A stretch of DNA of 64,000 nucleotides. Origin: an uncultured bacterium. GTDB lineage: Bacteria; Verrucomicrobiota; Verrucomicrobiia; Limisphaerales; UBA8199. Shown here piece after piece: positions 27,323 through 37,563 of this stretch. Each line of letters begins with the position of its first letter. The stretch's first letter is position 1. The stretch covers positions 288,001 through 352,000 of the forward strand of contig CAVVMW010000014.1 of NCBI GenBank assembly GCA_963749495.1. The letters are read 5' to 3'. Below the pieces are notes generated by a model that worked only from the letters and a program-made list of their open reading frames with translations, was not told the origin of the DNA and ran no database searches. A program made the position numbers and the translations under genes.

Positions 27323-30007
27323 ATGAGAGGCGCACTTTCGGAGACGGCCGGCGCCGTTCTGGACTGGTATTGGCGGCATGGAGTCCAGAGGAACGGTGAG
27401 TATGATTTGAGCGGCGCCTGGCTCGACCAACTCTACCAGGTTCGCGACGCGGCCCTGGCAGTGGAAGAGGCCTCGGCCCTGGGGCGGCCGTGCATGGCTT
27501 TGTGGGGGCCTTCCCAAAGCGGCAAGTCCACGCTGCTCTCCCGCTACCTGGATGCCCCGGCACACCCCGATGCCGGCTCGGCCCTCCAATGGTCGGCCGA
27601 TGACCCGGTCGCCTTTGTCGGCCGCCCGGACAAGGCCGGGTGCGTCCACCTCAATCCCTACAACCAGCAGCGCGACGCCTCCGGCTGCCTCACGCGCTTC
27701 AAGCTGTGCCAGGACCTGCCCGATACCCGCCACCCGGTGGAACTGAAGCTCGCCTCGGACGAGCAACTGCTCCATGCCCTGGCCGCCGGCTATCTCATGG
27801 AGTGTGACACCACCTCGGCCGAGGCGCGCGAGACCTTTCACGAGGCGAGCACGCTCGACCATCACCTGGCCGAGCTCAAGGCCCGCTCCCACGCCCAGGG
27901 CCAGGCCAACCGCCCCGCCCGCGAAGGCCTCCAGACCCTGCTCAATGTCGTGGACGACCTTATCGCCGCCGACTGGCCGCGATACCGAAACCTCCGGCCC
28001 GATTGGAGGAGCCTGCGCCCGCGCCTGGCCTCGGACCCGCTCCTGCGCAGGGACGCCGCCGCGCTGGCCGGCTTTGCCGCGTGGCTGTTCTGGGACAACC
28101 AGGCAGAACTCACAGCCCTGTGGCAGCGCCTGCTGGCCCAGCGCGCCCGGATTCTGGGCCTGGCCGCCGGGCGCCCGATCCTCTGCTCCTACGAGGCGGC
28201 GCGGCTCTTCCTGGACATCGATGCCTATCGCAAGCTCGAGAGCGAGCCGGCTCCGGCGTCTCCAGACTCCTCCCCCGCCGTTCAGGCATCACGGCCCGGC
28301 CAGCACGCCCTCGGTTGGCTGCTGGCCGGGCACGCCTTGTGCCTCGGTGCGGGCCTGCCCAACCCGGCGTGGGCCGATACCCAGGAGTTCGGTCTCTGGC
28401 AAGGGCTGGTCTGGGAAATGACATTGCCGGTCAACGCCGTCTTGCTGCCCGAACATTCGCCGGCCGCCCGGTTGCTGCGCGCAGCGGACCTGCTGGACTT
28501 CCCCGGTGTCGCCCTGACCTATCCGGGCGGCGTCCGCAAACGCCCGGACCAGATGTCGGCGGCGCAATTGCTGACCGATGTCCTGAAGCGCGGCAAGACG
28601 GCCAGCATCGTTGTAAGCCGCTCGCGCCGGCTGGGCATCGACGGCTTCTCGATTCTGAACCGCATCCAGGCGCCGCCTGCGCAGCCGACGCAACTGCTGG
28701 CGGGCGTGCAGGCCTGGGTGCGGGCCTTGGGCCAGCCCTGGCCGCCGCCGCCCGGCACGCTCCCGATCAACCTCGTCCTTACCTTCGCCGCGCGCCTGGT
28801 CAACGGGGTCGTGGACAGCCTTCACCTCCAGCGCCCCTCGGCCGATTTCTCGCCCGTCTTCGGGTTTCTCAACAAACTGGGCGACCTGGCCAATCCACAG
28901 TGGGTCCAGTTCTTCACCACAACCTACCCGCGCTTCGACGAGGGCTGCATCCGCGGGAGCAGCGCCCAGCTCGACAAGGCCATGCGCTTGATCGCCTCCA
29001 GCGAGGACTTCCGCCGCCATCTGGGCAGTTGCACCGAATCGCTCCTGGCCATGATCCGGGGCGGGACCGCGGACGGCGACGGTGGCAACGACTATTTCCT
29101 GGATGCCCTGGCCGGCCAGGCGCAACGCTCGGAGGTGCCGGCCTTGCTCGCCCGCCGAGCCCGGGAATTGCAGCAGCAATTCGCCGCCCTGCTGGGCGAG
29201 GCGCTGCCGCCCGAGGCCGCGGGCGAGAGCCGCCGCAGCCTTGAGCTGGAGGCCTGGGCGCGCGCCATCGAGGAGGCCATCGACCGCTTCCGCCGGCAGC
29301 ACCCGCAATCCGACGGAGCAGCCGAGGTCAGCCGGCGCCTGCGCGCATTGCTCAACGTGGAGCCGGAGTCGCTCGAACCGCTCCCGCTCGCCGGCCAAAC
29401 CCCCGATTGGCGCCGCTACCTGGAACGTCAGCTCCTGCGCTGGCGCGATTTGGCCAAGGGCCGCGACGGCGATTGGAGCGACCTGGGCCTGCGCGATGCC
29501 GCCGCCACGAGCCGGCACCTGGGCTACCTGGCCGAACACACACTCCTGCGCGGCAACCTCCACCGCTGGCTTCGAGAGAACCTCGGCCAGGTCAACGACC
29601 CTTTGGAGGCCACTCAGGCCCGCCACTTCCTGGCCGTGCGCCTGGGCGAGGTGATTTGCTTCGGCGTCAATGGCCGGCCCCCGCATCGGGGATTCGAGTT
29701 GATTGGGAGCGCGGACATGCTTGCGCGCCCCTCCTCCGAAGGCGCACACGACAACGCCGCCGGCCTCGAAGACAACGTCGCGGCGGGCACAATCCAACCT
29801 CGGCTGCGCGCCTATGCCGAGCGCGAGCAGTCCGACCCGGAGGAACGGAATGACCGGCAGTCCCCGCACTACCTGGGCTTCCTGGCGCTGTTTTTGCAGC
29901 ACCTCAACACCGTCAAGGCCGCGCCCGCCACCGCCCGCCAGCACCAGCCCGGAGACAACGAGCTGGCGCAGCTCGCCGCCGACCTCACCCCGGGAGATGC
30001 CTCATGA
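27323..30007 (+). CDS. srfC: SrfC-family P-loop GTPase-like protein
   Basis: P-loop 'LWGPSQSGKSTLLS', 'SGCLTRF', G3-like 'DLLDFPG' and 'LKRGK'; adjacent to srfB; start position uncertain. Confidence 0.78.
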   Translation: MRGALSETAGAVLDWYWRHGVQRNGEYDLSGAWLDQLYQVRDAALAVEEASALGRPCMALWGPSQSGKSTLLSRYLDAPAHPDAGSALQWSADDPVAFVGRPDKAGCVHLNPYNQQRDASGCLTRFKLCQDLPDTRHPVELKLASDEQLLHALAAGYLMECDTTSAEARETFHEASTLDHHLAELKARSHAQGQANRPAREGLQTLLNVVDDLIAADWPRYRNLRPDWRSLRPRLASDPLLRRDAAALAGFAAWLFWDNQAELTALWQRLLAQRARILGLAAGRPILCSYEAARLFLDIDAYRKLESEPAPASPDSSPAVQASRPGQHALGWLLAGHALCLGAGLPNPAWADTQEFGLWQGLVWEMTLPVNAVLLPEHSPAARLLRAADLLDFPGVALTYPGGVRKRPDQMSAAQLLTDVLKRGKTASIVVSRSRRLGIDGFSILNRIQAPPAQPTQLLAGVQAWVRALGQPWPPPPGTLPINLVLTFAARLVNGVVDSLHLQRPSADFSPVFGFLNKLGDLANPQWVQFFTTTYPRFDEGCIRGSSAQLDKAMRLIASSEDFRRHLGSCTESLLAMIRGGTADGDGGNDYFLDALAGQAQRSEVPALLARRARELQQQFAALLGEALPPEAAGESRRSLELEAWARAIEEAIDRFRRQHPQSDGAAEVSRRLRALLNVEPESLEPLPLAGQTPDWRRYLERQLLRWRDLAKGRDGDWSDLGLRDAAATSRHLGYLAEHTLLRGNLHRWLRENLGQVNDPLEATQARHFLAVRLGEVICFGVNGRPPHRGFELIGSADMLARPSSEGAHDNAAGLEDNVAAGTIQPRLRAYAEREQSDPEERNDRQSPHYLGFLALFLQHLNTVKAAPATARQHQPGDNELAQLAADLTPGDAS

Positions 30008-30051
30008 GGAGAGCCACCCCAGCTTCGGCGAACCGGAGCCAAGGCCGCCAG

Positions 30052-30131
30052 GTTTTGGAGTGCGGCAGTCCTCTGCCGCTTTTTGGACCCTGGGGACGCG
30101 AAAGCGGCAGAGGACTGCCGCACTCCAAAAC
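30052..30131. repeat. REP-like hairpin, GTTTTGGA(G/C)TGCGGCAGTCCTCTGCCGCTTT family
   Basis: 31-bp perfect arms; related copies near 43965-44050, 46856-46881, 48135-48216 and 54812-54900. Confidence 0.88.
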
Positions 30132-30244
30132 GCTTCGCGGCCTTCGCTGCTCCCCCCCATTTCGTCATTCGTCATTCGTCATTCGTCATTCGTCATTGGT
30201 TCCTTGCCCCTCGCCCCTCCACACACCTGAACGCCGGCACCGCT

Positions 30245-33222
30245 ATGGACTCCCCTGACTCCACCCCCCCGACCGACTGGTCCTCAGGCGATGCCCGGCC
30301 CGTGCCCGAGCCGGCGCCCGCCGGCGCCCAAGGCCCGGTCCCGCCGGCCATCATCGACCTGTTTGCGGATACCGGCCACCATTTCGCCTTCGTGCGCTTC
30401 TCGGACAGCCAACTGCGGGAAAACCCGGAACTGGAGAAGCTCTGCCGCAACAGCGATTTCCCCTGGTGCGAGGCGCGGGACACCTCCGGGACCCCCCTGC
30501 GCTGGTTGCGCTACCAGTTCGCCCAGCGGGAGGCCGAGGGCCTGCCCACCGAAGAGAGCGGCGTGCTCCTGGCCATCGAGACCAACCTCGGCACCGCCCG
30601 GCGCGGCTGGGCCCTGCAACCGGAAGAACCAGTAGGCCCGGCCGAGGCCTCGAAATACACACCGGCAGACAAGGTCGCTACACCTTACGTCTTCCCGCAC
30701 GCAACGCGCCAACCGGCGGGCGGCGTGCAGCGGCTCACCGTCTATCTGCCCGTCATCTCCACCCCGCCGCGCGATTCCTCCGCCCTGGCCCGCTCCGTGA
30801 GTCTGGAACTGGAAATCCACTGGCTGGAACCGGTGGGCAAGACAGTCGATGTGGACCTGGTCGTGGATTTTGGAAACACGCGCTCGGTTGCTCTGCTGCT
30901 GGCGCGCAGCCAGTCGGCCCGCGGGACCTTGTCCGAAATCACCCAGCCCGTGCGCTTCGGCTATCACAAGGAGGAGCCGCAGCCGGCCCCCAAAGACCAC
31001 GACGACCCGTTCAGCTTGATCGATTCCTGGCTGGTCCTCCAGGAGACGACCTTCGCCAATCTCGAACCCCTGGACCACAAGCTGCCCGCGCACCTGCCGC
31101 AGCCGGTCGAGGACTTGCGCTGGGAGGAATGCTCGACCGGCGTGTGGCCACTCAAGAAGAAGGCCGAGCGCGTCGTCGCCCGCGCGTTGCGCCAGCCGCA
31201 TCTCTTCGTGGAAATGGCCCCCGCGGTGCTGGGTCCGCCCGCTGCCGACATCCTGGCCAACCTCGAGCCAAGCGCCGGCGGCAATTACTTTCTCAGCTCC
31301 CCCAAGCGTTATCTCTGGGACCAGACGCCGGTGGGCGACCTGGGGCACGCCGGCCTGACGTTCTGGACCATGAACGTGCAGCGCTGGCACCCCAACTCGA
31401 AAAATGTCCAAGCGGGCAAGGCCCTCGAAAAACTCTCCGGCACGGTCCTGCGTTTTCTGGACCAGAACGGCGCCGATTGGGACCTGGGGGAGGATGCCTC
31501 GGGCTGCCCGCCGCCCGAGAGGCTCGACGCGGCCGCGCGCCCGCCTTCCCGGCCGCACGAGCCGGCCTATCCCCGGGCCGACGCCCTCACTTGGGCCGCC
31601 CTGGCCGTGCTGGAAGCCGCCTGCCGCCAACTCCAGTCCGCCGCCGGCCGCGCCGGCCAGCCCTTTGTCCGCGCCCGCCTCGCCTCGGTGATGGTCACCT
31701 TCCCACCCGGCTGGACCGCCCAGGAACTGGAGGCCTACCGCCGCAAGTGGCAAAAGGCCCTGGACATCTTCACCCTCACCCGCTTCCCCGACCGGCGCCT
31801 GGTCACCGCCGGGGGCGACCGCCCCACGCTGAGCATGGAACTGGACGAGGCTGTCGCCTCCCAACTCCCCTTGATCTTCGACGAAATCCGGCGCCTGGGC
31901 CAAGGGGGTGAGAACTGGCTGGAGCTGGTCGGACGCGGCCACGGCCCCGGCGCCCGCGCGCGCGTCTTGAATCTGGACATCGGCGGCGGCACCACCGACC
32001 TCACCATCGTCGAATACCAGGACCTGCGCGGCGGCGAAGGCGTGGACCTCCAGGCCACCGTCCTCTACCGCGACAGCAGCACCATCGCCGGCGACGGCTT
32101 GGTCCGGCGCATTATCGAGTCGGTCCTGCTGCCCGCCCTGGGCCAGGACCTGGCCCAGGAAGAGCGGCAGAGCTTTGCGGCGCTGCTCTCACGCCAAAAA
32201 GGCGAAGACCGCGCCCGCTGGAACCGCATCACGCGCCAGGTCTTCGTCCCGATCGTCCACGGCTGGCTCGCCGCCGCGGCGCGCGAAGATGCCTCGACCC
32301 AACCCACGCCCACGCCCCGGGCGCTGCGAGTGAACCTGCACTTGATCGAGGAATTCAATGCCCTTTGCCGAAACGCCGGCGTCCCCGGCCCGGTGCTGGA
32401 CGCAGACACCGCCCTGCTCTACCCCCAGGAACAGTTGGCCCAGTGCATCCGCGAGAACTTCACCGGGCTGTTCTGCTCGTTGGCCAAGGTGGTTGAGGCC
32501 TTCGATTGCGACCTGGTCCTGGTGAGCGGCAAGCCGTCCGAGCTGGCGGCCCTGCGCAACCTGCTCCGCGCCCAACTGCCGTTGCTGCCCCAGCGCATCC
32601 GCTTCACCAAGGACGCCTTTATCGGCCAATGGTACCCCTGAGTGTCCAGGGCCGCATCCACGACGCCAAGACTGTCACCGTCGCCGGCGCCGCCCTCTAC
32701 CAGGCGATCAAGCGGGGCTTGATGGGACCCGGCTGGCACATCACACGCAAGGTCTCGCCACACCTGCTCACCCGCAATTATTGGGGCACCATGCCAAAGG
32801 GCGCGCAGACCCGCTTCGGCACCCTCCTGCTCGGCCCCAACGAGGACCGCAAAGAATGCCGGCTCCAGATCGGCGACCGCCTGGGCCGGCGCATGTTGCC
32901 CGCCGACACGCGTCCCGAGCCGGTCTATATCATCCAATGGCGCGACCGCAACCGCTACCGCAGCGGCGGCGACCCCGTCAACGCCCTCCTGGAACTGACC
33001 CTCCAACGCGTTGGCCCCGCCCCCTCGCAGGCCGATGCCGGCGAACAAGTGCCCCAGGCGGAGTCCCTCCGCATCAACGCCGTCAACGGCCTCTGGAACG
33101 GCCAGCCCGTCACCCTCAATGACGTCGAACTGGCCCTGTGTACACTCGAAACCGAAAGCCACTGGCTGGATGCGGGGACGTTCCAGGTGGCCTGGCCGGA
33201 AGGAGTTGGTGGCCGATGTTGA
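30245..33222 (+). CDS. srfB: SrfB-family Hsp70/actin-fold ATPase-like protein (1-nt frameshift near 32637)
   Basis: 'VDLVVDFGNTRS', 'SSPKRYLWD', 'DEAVAS', 'LDIGGGTTDL', 'LVSGKPS'; 'WYP' continues as 'SVQGRIHDAKTVTVAGAAL' in the next frame after a C run. Confidence 0.82.
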
Positions 33223-33234
33223 ACGGCAGTTATC

Positions 33235-33328
33235 AAGCGTCGCTACGCGACGCAGGACATTCCCCTCGCTCCCACCACCGTGGACTCAAAGTCCACGGCT
33301 ACCATCACAGCGTCGCTACGCGACGCGC
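33235..33328. repeat. REP cluster, CGTCGCTACGCGACG family
   Basis: Two CGTCGCTACGCGACG palindromes flanking CCGTGGACT-N4-GTCCACGG; the same family occurs at ~58095-58420. Confidence 0.8.
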
Positions 33329-33355
33329 TCGCAACAAACTACTGCCCTGCGCAAC

Positions 33356-34340
33356 ATGAACCCCTGGGATAAGACTCCAAGGACTGCTCCTCCGGCAACG
33401 ACACCCGCGGCGCCGCCCGGCCCTGCCGCAGCCCCAGCCCAACCCGGCGGCCCTGGCCCCGAGACCTCGGAACCGCCGCGCATCGAAACCAACCGGCTCA
33501 ACGCCCAGACCATCGAGCTCGTCGCCCAGGCCAATGAAGCGCGCGCGCGCCAACTCCGGGAACTCGAGGAGATAGCCGCCTGGCTGCAACGCGGCCTTGT
33601 GGCGGAAGCGGCGCGCCTCAAGCAACTCGACGAGCAATTGGGCGCCCGCGAGGCGAAGGTCCTGGACTCCGAACGCCTCTTCCAGGAAGGCGCAGAACTG
33701 AACCGCCGCGCTGAATCCCTCGCGGCCGAGAACCGCCGCGCCCTCATGGAGGCCCAGGCCCGCAGGGACGAGGCCCAAGAGGCCGAACGCCGCGCCCGGC
33801 AAGAGCAACAGACCGGCCAGGAGGCCGCCCTCGAGCAACTCCAGGCCGAAAGCGCCAAGGTCGAGGCCGCCCGCGCCCAGACCCTGGCCGCCCGCCAGGA
33901 GACCCAGCGCCTGCGCGAAGACGCCGAAAAGCTCCAAGCCCAGTTCTGGCCCGCGGCCCTTCGCCCCGAGGGCTGGCGCTCCTGGCGTGAGCGGCTCCTC
34001 CCCCGGGCCGCCGCTGAACCTCGAGCCGCCCTCCTCCTGGCCCGCCTCCACACCGCCGCCGCTCTCGAACGCGCCGCCCGCACCCCCGCCCTGGAACTGC
34101 TCCGCGACATCGGCGAGTCGGTCTATGAAACCTGCCCCGAGGACGCCGAGAAGCTCGCCCAGGCCCTCACCCAGGCTGCCGCCGGCCGCTTCGAGATCAA
34201 GACCGTGCGCGTCGGCGACCGCATCGAACCGCAGGTTCATGCAACCCGCCGCCGCCGGCTCGGCCGAAGTCCGCGCCGTCTCCGGTTGGGCCGTCCGCGA
34301 CGCCGCCGGCAAATGGCAATTCCTGGCCGCGGTCAGTTGA
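33356..34340 (+). CDS. Coiled-coil protein with GrpE-like C-terminal beta domain (1-nt frameshift near 34228)
   Basis: Pro-rich N-terminus and long E/A/Q/R coiled coil; corrected C-terminus FEIKTVRVGDRIDRRFMQPAAAGSAEVRAVSGWAVRDAAGKWQFLAAVS. Confidence 0.65.
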
Positions 34341-34492
34341 GGCGTTGTCAACTACGGATGAACACGGAGGAACACGGATTCGCAGCGGAGCCCAAACGGC
34401 ACATTGGCCCGAACCGTCGTGTCGTGCGCCCGGAATCTGCCGGGCGAACCGGGGTGCGATTGAAAGCGTCGAGCATGCGCCTGGGGAGTTTT

Positions 34493-34680
34493 GTCCCGGA
34501 GGGACATCTGACAATAGCCCGGCGTTTCAACGCCGGGCAGGCCGCAAAATGGACCCTCGTCCCGAAGGGACGATTGAGTACACTCCCTGCTTTCAACCGT
34601 CCCTTCGGGACGGACCTGCTCCCGGGGTCCCCTCACCCGGCGTTGAAACGCCGGGCCATTGTCGGAAGCCCCTTCGGGGC
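34493..34680. repeat. REPIN-like element (GTCCCGAAGGGAC / CCCGGCGTTGAAACGCCGGG family)
   Basis: Nested short palindromes arranged as an inverted pair. Confidence 0.8.
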
Positions 34681-34769
34681 AAAAAGGCGCTGTGGGCTGA
34701 CCGAGAGTCTTAATCGCACCCGGACAATCTATCGAGCCTTGCTCCTTCAGGCTCCAGCCTTTCCCCACG

Positions 34770-35981
34770 ATGCCTCTTGAGCCCACCCAAACCGGCCTGC
34801 TGGCCCGCGCTGGTGAATACGAACCGTTGCGGGCATTCAGCCAAGGCGGCCGCTACTGGGACCGCGTCCCGCAGCAACTGATTCGCGAGGGCGGGCTGGC
34901 GGAGTTCCTGCCCCCGGTCGAGGTGGAGGAGGACGATGCCGGCAAGTATGGGCGGTTCCATCATGATAAGGGGCGCAGAGAGCTGCTCTGCCGCAGCAAA
35001 CCACTCGGGCGCCGGGCCGTCCCGGCGGCCCAGCTCCAGCGCCTGAGACAGGCCCTGGAGGGCTTCCGGCTCAAAGCCAACACCCAGGGCGCTCAGCCTC
35101 AGAACCGCGAGTTGATCGAGCGGTTCAGGCTGCCGGACATCGCCCAGGACGCCGAGCTCTACCGCCTGGCCGGGCCCTGGTGGGATCGCCACCTCCAGAT
35201 CCTTTGGGGCTGCGAGCGCACCGTGGGTTCCTCCCTGCCCGCTGGCGTTGCGGTTGGAAAACTCCAGGCCGCCCGGTTCTATGGCCTGCGCCGCGCGCTG
35301 CTCGCGTTGCTCTTGCTCCTGTTGCTGCTGGCGCCCGCCTGGTGGCTCTGCCAAACCGCGTCACGGTTCCTCGGCCGCTCCCCTGGCCAGGCCAACCAGG
35401 CTGAGGCCGACCGCAAAGCGACCGAGGCCGGCAAGGCCCAAGCCGCAGCCGACAAGGCCCAACACGATGCGCACCGCGCCCAGGCCGCCGCCGAGAAAGC
35501 CAAAGCCGATGCCGCGGCCGCCAAAAATGCCGCGCTCCAGGCCAAAGCGGCCAGCGACGCCGCCCGCCAGGCTCCCAAGGACACTGCCGTCTCGCTCCCT
35601 CTGCCGGGTCTGCCCTCAAACTCGATTCCTTTGCCGGCGCCCGGCGCGTCTGCCCCCGCCGCAACGGACGGCAGGGTCGCTTATGAGATCGTCCTCTCCG
35701 CCCAGGGGCAACCGGAGGCCGATGGCACCGTCAATGTCACACTCGAAGTCCGTGCCGACGCCAATCCGCCCCACGCCGTTCCGGTCGAGACCTGGCGCGT
35801 CGAAAACCAGAGCCTCTCCTCACAAGACCGACTCCAGGTCAGAATGAAACCCGGCAACCATGCCGTGCGGGCCGTTGTCCGCGACCCTGCCGGCAAACCA
35901 AGCGAGATCTCCGCCACCGTCACCGTCGAGCCCGGCCGAGTGATCACCGTGCCAGGCAAGGTCAGCGTGCGACCGAGGTGA
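34770..35981 (+). CDS. SrfA-like membrane protein with Ala/Lys-rich stalk and Ig/PKD-like C-terminus
   Basis: N-domain 'LLARAGEYEPL...LP.....LYRL....LQILWG' resembles SrfA; one TM (ALLALLLLLLLLAPAWWL); beta-rich tail 'PGNHAVRAVVRD..G......TVTV'. Confidence 0.6.
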   Translation: MPLEPTQTGLLARAGEYEPLRAFSQGGRYWDRVPQQLIREGGLAEFLPPVEVEEDDAGKYGRFHHDKGRRELLCRSKPLGRRAVPAAQLQRLRQALEGFRLKANTQGAQPQNRELIERFRLPDIAQDAELYRLAGPWWDRHLQILWGCERTVGSSLPAGVAVGKLQAARFYGLRRALLALLLLLLLLAPAWWLCQTASRFLGRSPGQANQAEADRKATEAGKAQAAADKAQHDAHRAQAAAEKAKADAAAAKNAALQAKAASDAARQAPKDTAVSLPLPGLPSNSIPLPAPGASAPAATDGRVAYEIVLSAQGQPEADGTVNVTLEVRADANPPHAVPVETWRVENQSLSSQDRLQVRMKPGNHAVRAVVRDPAGKPSEISATVTVEPGRVITVPGKVSVRPR

Positions 35982-36112
35982 GGCATTGAAATCCGAAACC
36001 CGAAATCCGAAATCCGAAACAAATTCAAAATTCAAATGAGCAATGTTCAAAAACCCGACGGCGCCATCCGCTTCGGGCGCTTGAAGCTGGAGCTTTAGAT
36101 TGGGTGGGTGAA

Positions 36113-36214
36113 TTAATGCTTCAGCGCGCTGGCCAGGACCAAAAGGCCGAAAAGGAAGGTGCCGAGGGCCAACAGCGCGATCAGGAAGAGGATGATGCGA
36201 TGTGCCGGCCGCAT
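36113..36214 (-). CDS. 33-aa single-TM small protein
   Basis: Hand translation MRPAHRIILFLIALLALGTFLFGLLVLASALKH*; GC-rich third positions. Confidence 0.55.
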   Translation of the reverse strand: MRPAHRIILFLIALLALGTFLFGLLVLASALKH

Positions 36215-36301
36215 AGATTTATCGAAATCACAAGCTGGGAACCTGCTCCGCATTCGTCATTCGTCATTCGTCATTCGTCATTCGTCATTCGTCATTGCGC
36301 C

Positions 36302-37202
36302 CTACCTGTATTTCAGGCTCGCCACCCATCCCCAACCCATGCCCAGCGCCAGGCCCGCCGCATGAGCCGCATTGGCGACCGGACCGAGGATGCCCGAGAC
36401 ACAGGCCACGAACCAGATGATCATCATCGTGACGGTCGTGGGATGCACATACAGCCCTGAACCGGGATCCAGCTTGCCCCGGATCCAGACATAGCCCAGC
36501 AGGCCATAAACCACGCCTGACATCCCCCCGAATCCCGGGCCATTCCAATCAGTACTGCGCCAGGTTCGAGCACACGCCCAACACGAGCACCAGGAGCGCC
36601 AAGCGCCACGTGCTTTGCCGCCCCTCGATCATGCCGCCCAAATCGCGCAGCCAGAGCATGTTGAAAACAAGGTGCATCAGCCCAAAATGAATGAAGATCG
36701 GCGTCAGCAGCCGCCAGATCTGGCCGTGCAGGACCTCGGGCAGTCCCAAGGCCGAGCCTGAGGGGTCCGGACCAGGCGGGAGCAGACTGATGAACAAGCT
36801 CTGAAGCCGTTCGCGGTCGTTGCCGAAATTCGAGAGGATGCAGATGACCACACTGACGGCGATCAGCGCGTAAGTCAGGACCCCGAACCCGTAGTCCCTG
36901 AGCGGCCGGAACAGGTGGCGCCGGTCGCGCACCCGCTTTTGGTAGGCCGCTTGGCCCTCGGCCAGCTTGGCCCGCATCCCGGCGGCCGCCTTGGCCTGCG
37001 ACTGGAACTGAGCGCCGGCCGGGTCCTGGCGAAAGGCCGCGATGAGCGTCGAGGCCTGTGCGAGCTTGTCTTCCTCCGCTATCCAGACCGCCCACCCACT
37101 GCCCTCCTCGAATTCAACCTGGTTCTCGATGCCCTGCACAAACAGGAAATCCGCGAATGTGCGCGCATACGATTCGCTTCCCAGGTGGCCTATGACTCGC
37201 AT
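36302..37202 (-). CDS. glpG: Rhomboid family intramembrane serine protease (GlpG-like; frameshift near 36550)
   Basis: 'QIWRLLTPIFIH...HL.FNM.WL', catalytic 'FGGMSGVVYG' and 'ANAAH..GL..G'. Confidence 0.88.
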
Positions 37203-37266
37203 ACCGCACAACCTATCGGCAAAATCGCGGGCGTAAACAGGAAAGAGTGCTACATTCCAAACAGTT

Positions 37267-37563
37267 ATGCACTCGCAACTTGTCTTGTGGACATACATTG
37301 GGCTACTGGTTGTTGGCGGTTTGATCGGCTACTTCAAGGCCAAGAGCCCGGTCTCGCTTATCATGTCGGTCGTGTTTGCCGTTGCGCTGGCCCTATGCGC
37401 GGCGGGCGTCATTCCTCAGGCGATCGTGGCGGACCTGCTCCTGGGCGCGCTGATCCTGGTATTCGTGATGCGCCTGGCCAAGACCCGGAAGTTCATGCCG
37501 GCCGGCTTGATGCTCGTTTTGACTGCCGCGGCCCTTCTCCTGGTAATCGCGCAGACGCCATGA
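37267..37563 (+). CDS. TMEM14 family membrane protein
   Basis: 'Y..LL.VGG.IGY.KAKS..SL' and 'R..KT.KFMPAGL'. Confidence 0.88.
   Translation: MHSQLVLWTYIGLLVVGGLIGYFKAKSPVSLIMSVVFAVALALCAAGVIPQAIVADLLLGALILVFVMRLAKTRKFMPAGLMLVLTAAALLLVIAQTP

Noticed and set aside
33011..34780. 589-aa ORF as a single real protein
   Set aside because: Both ends run through REP elements; the real gene is likely 33356-34340 with a 1-nt frameshift.
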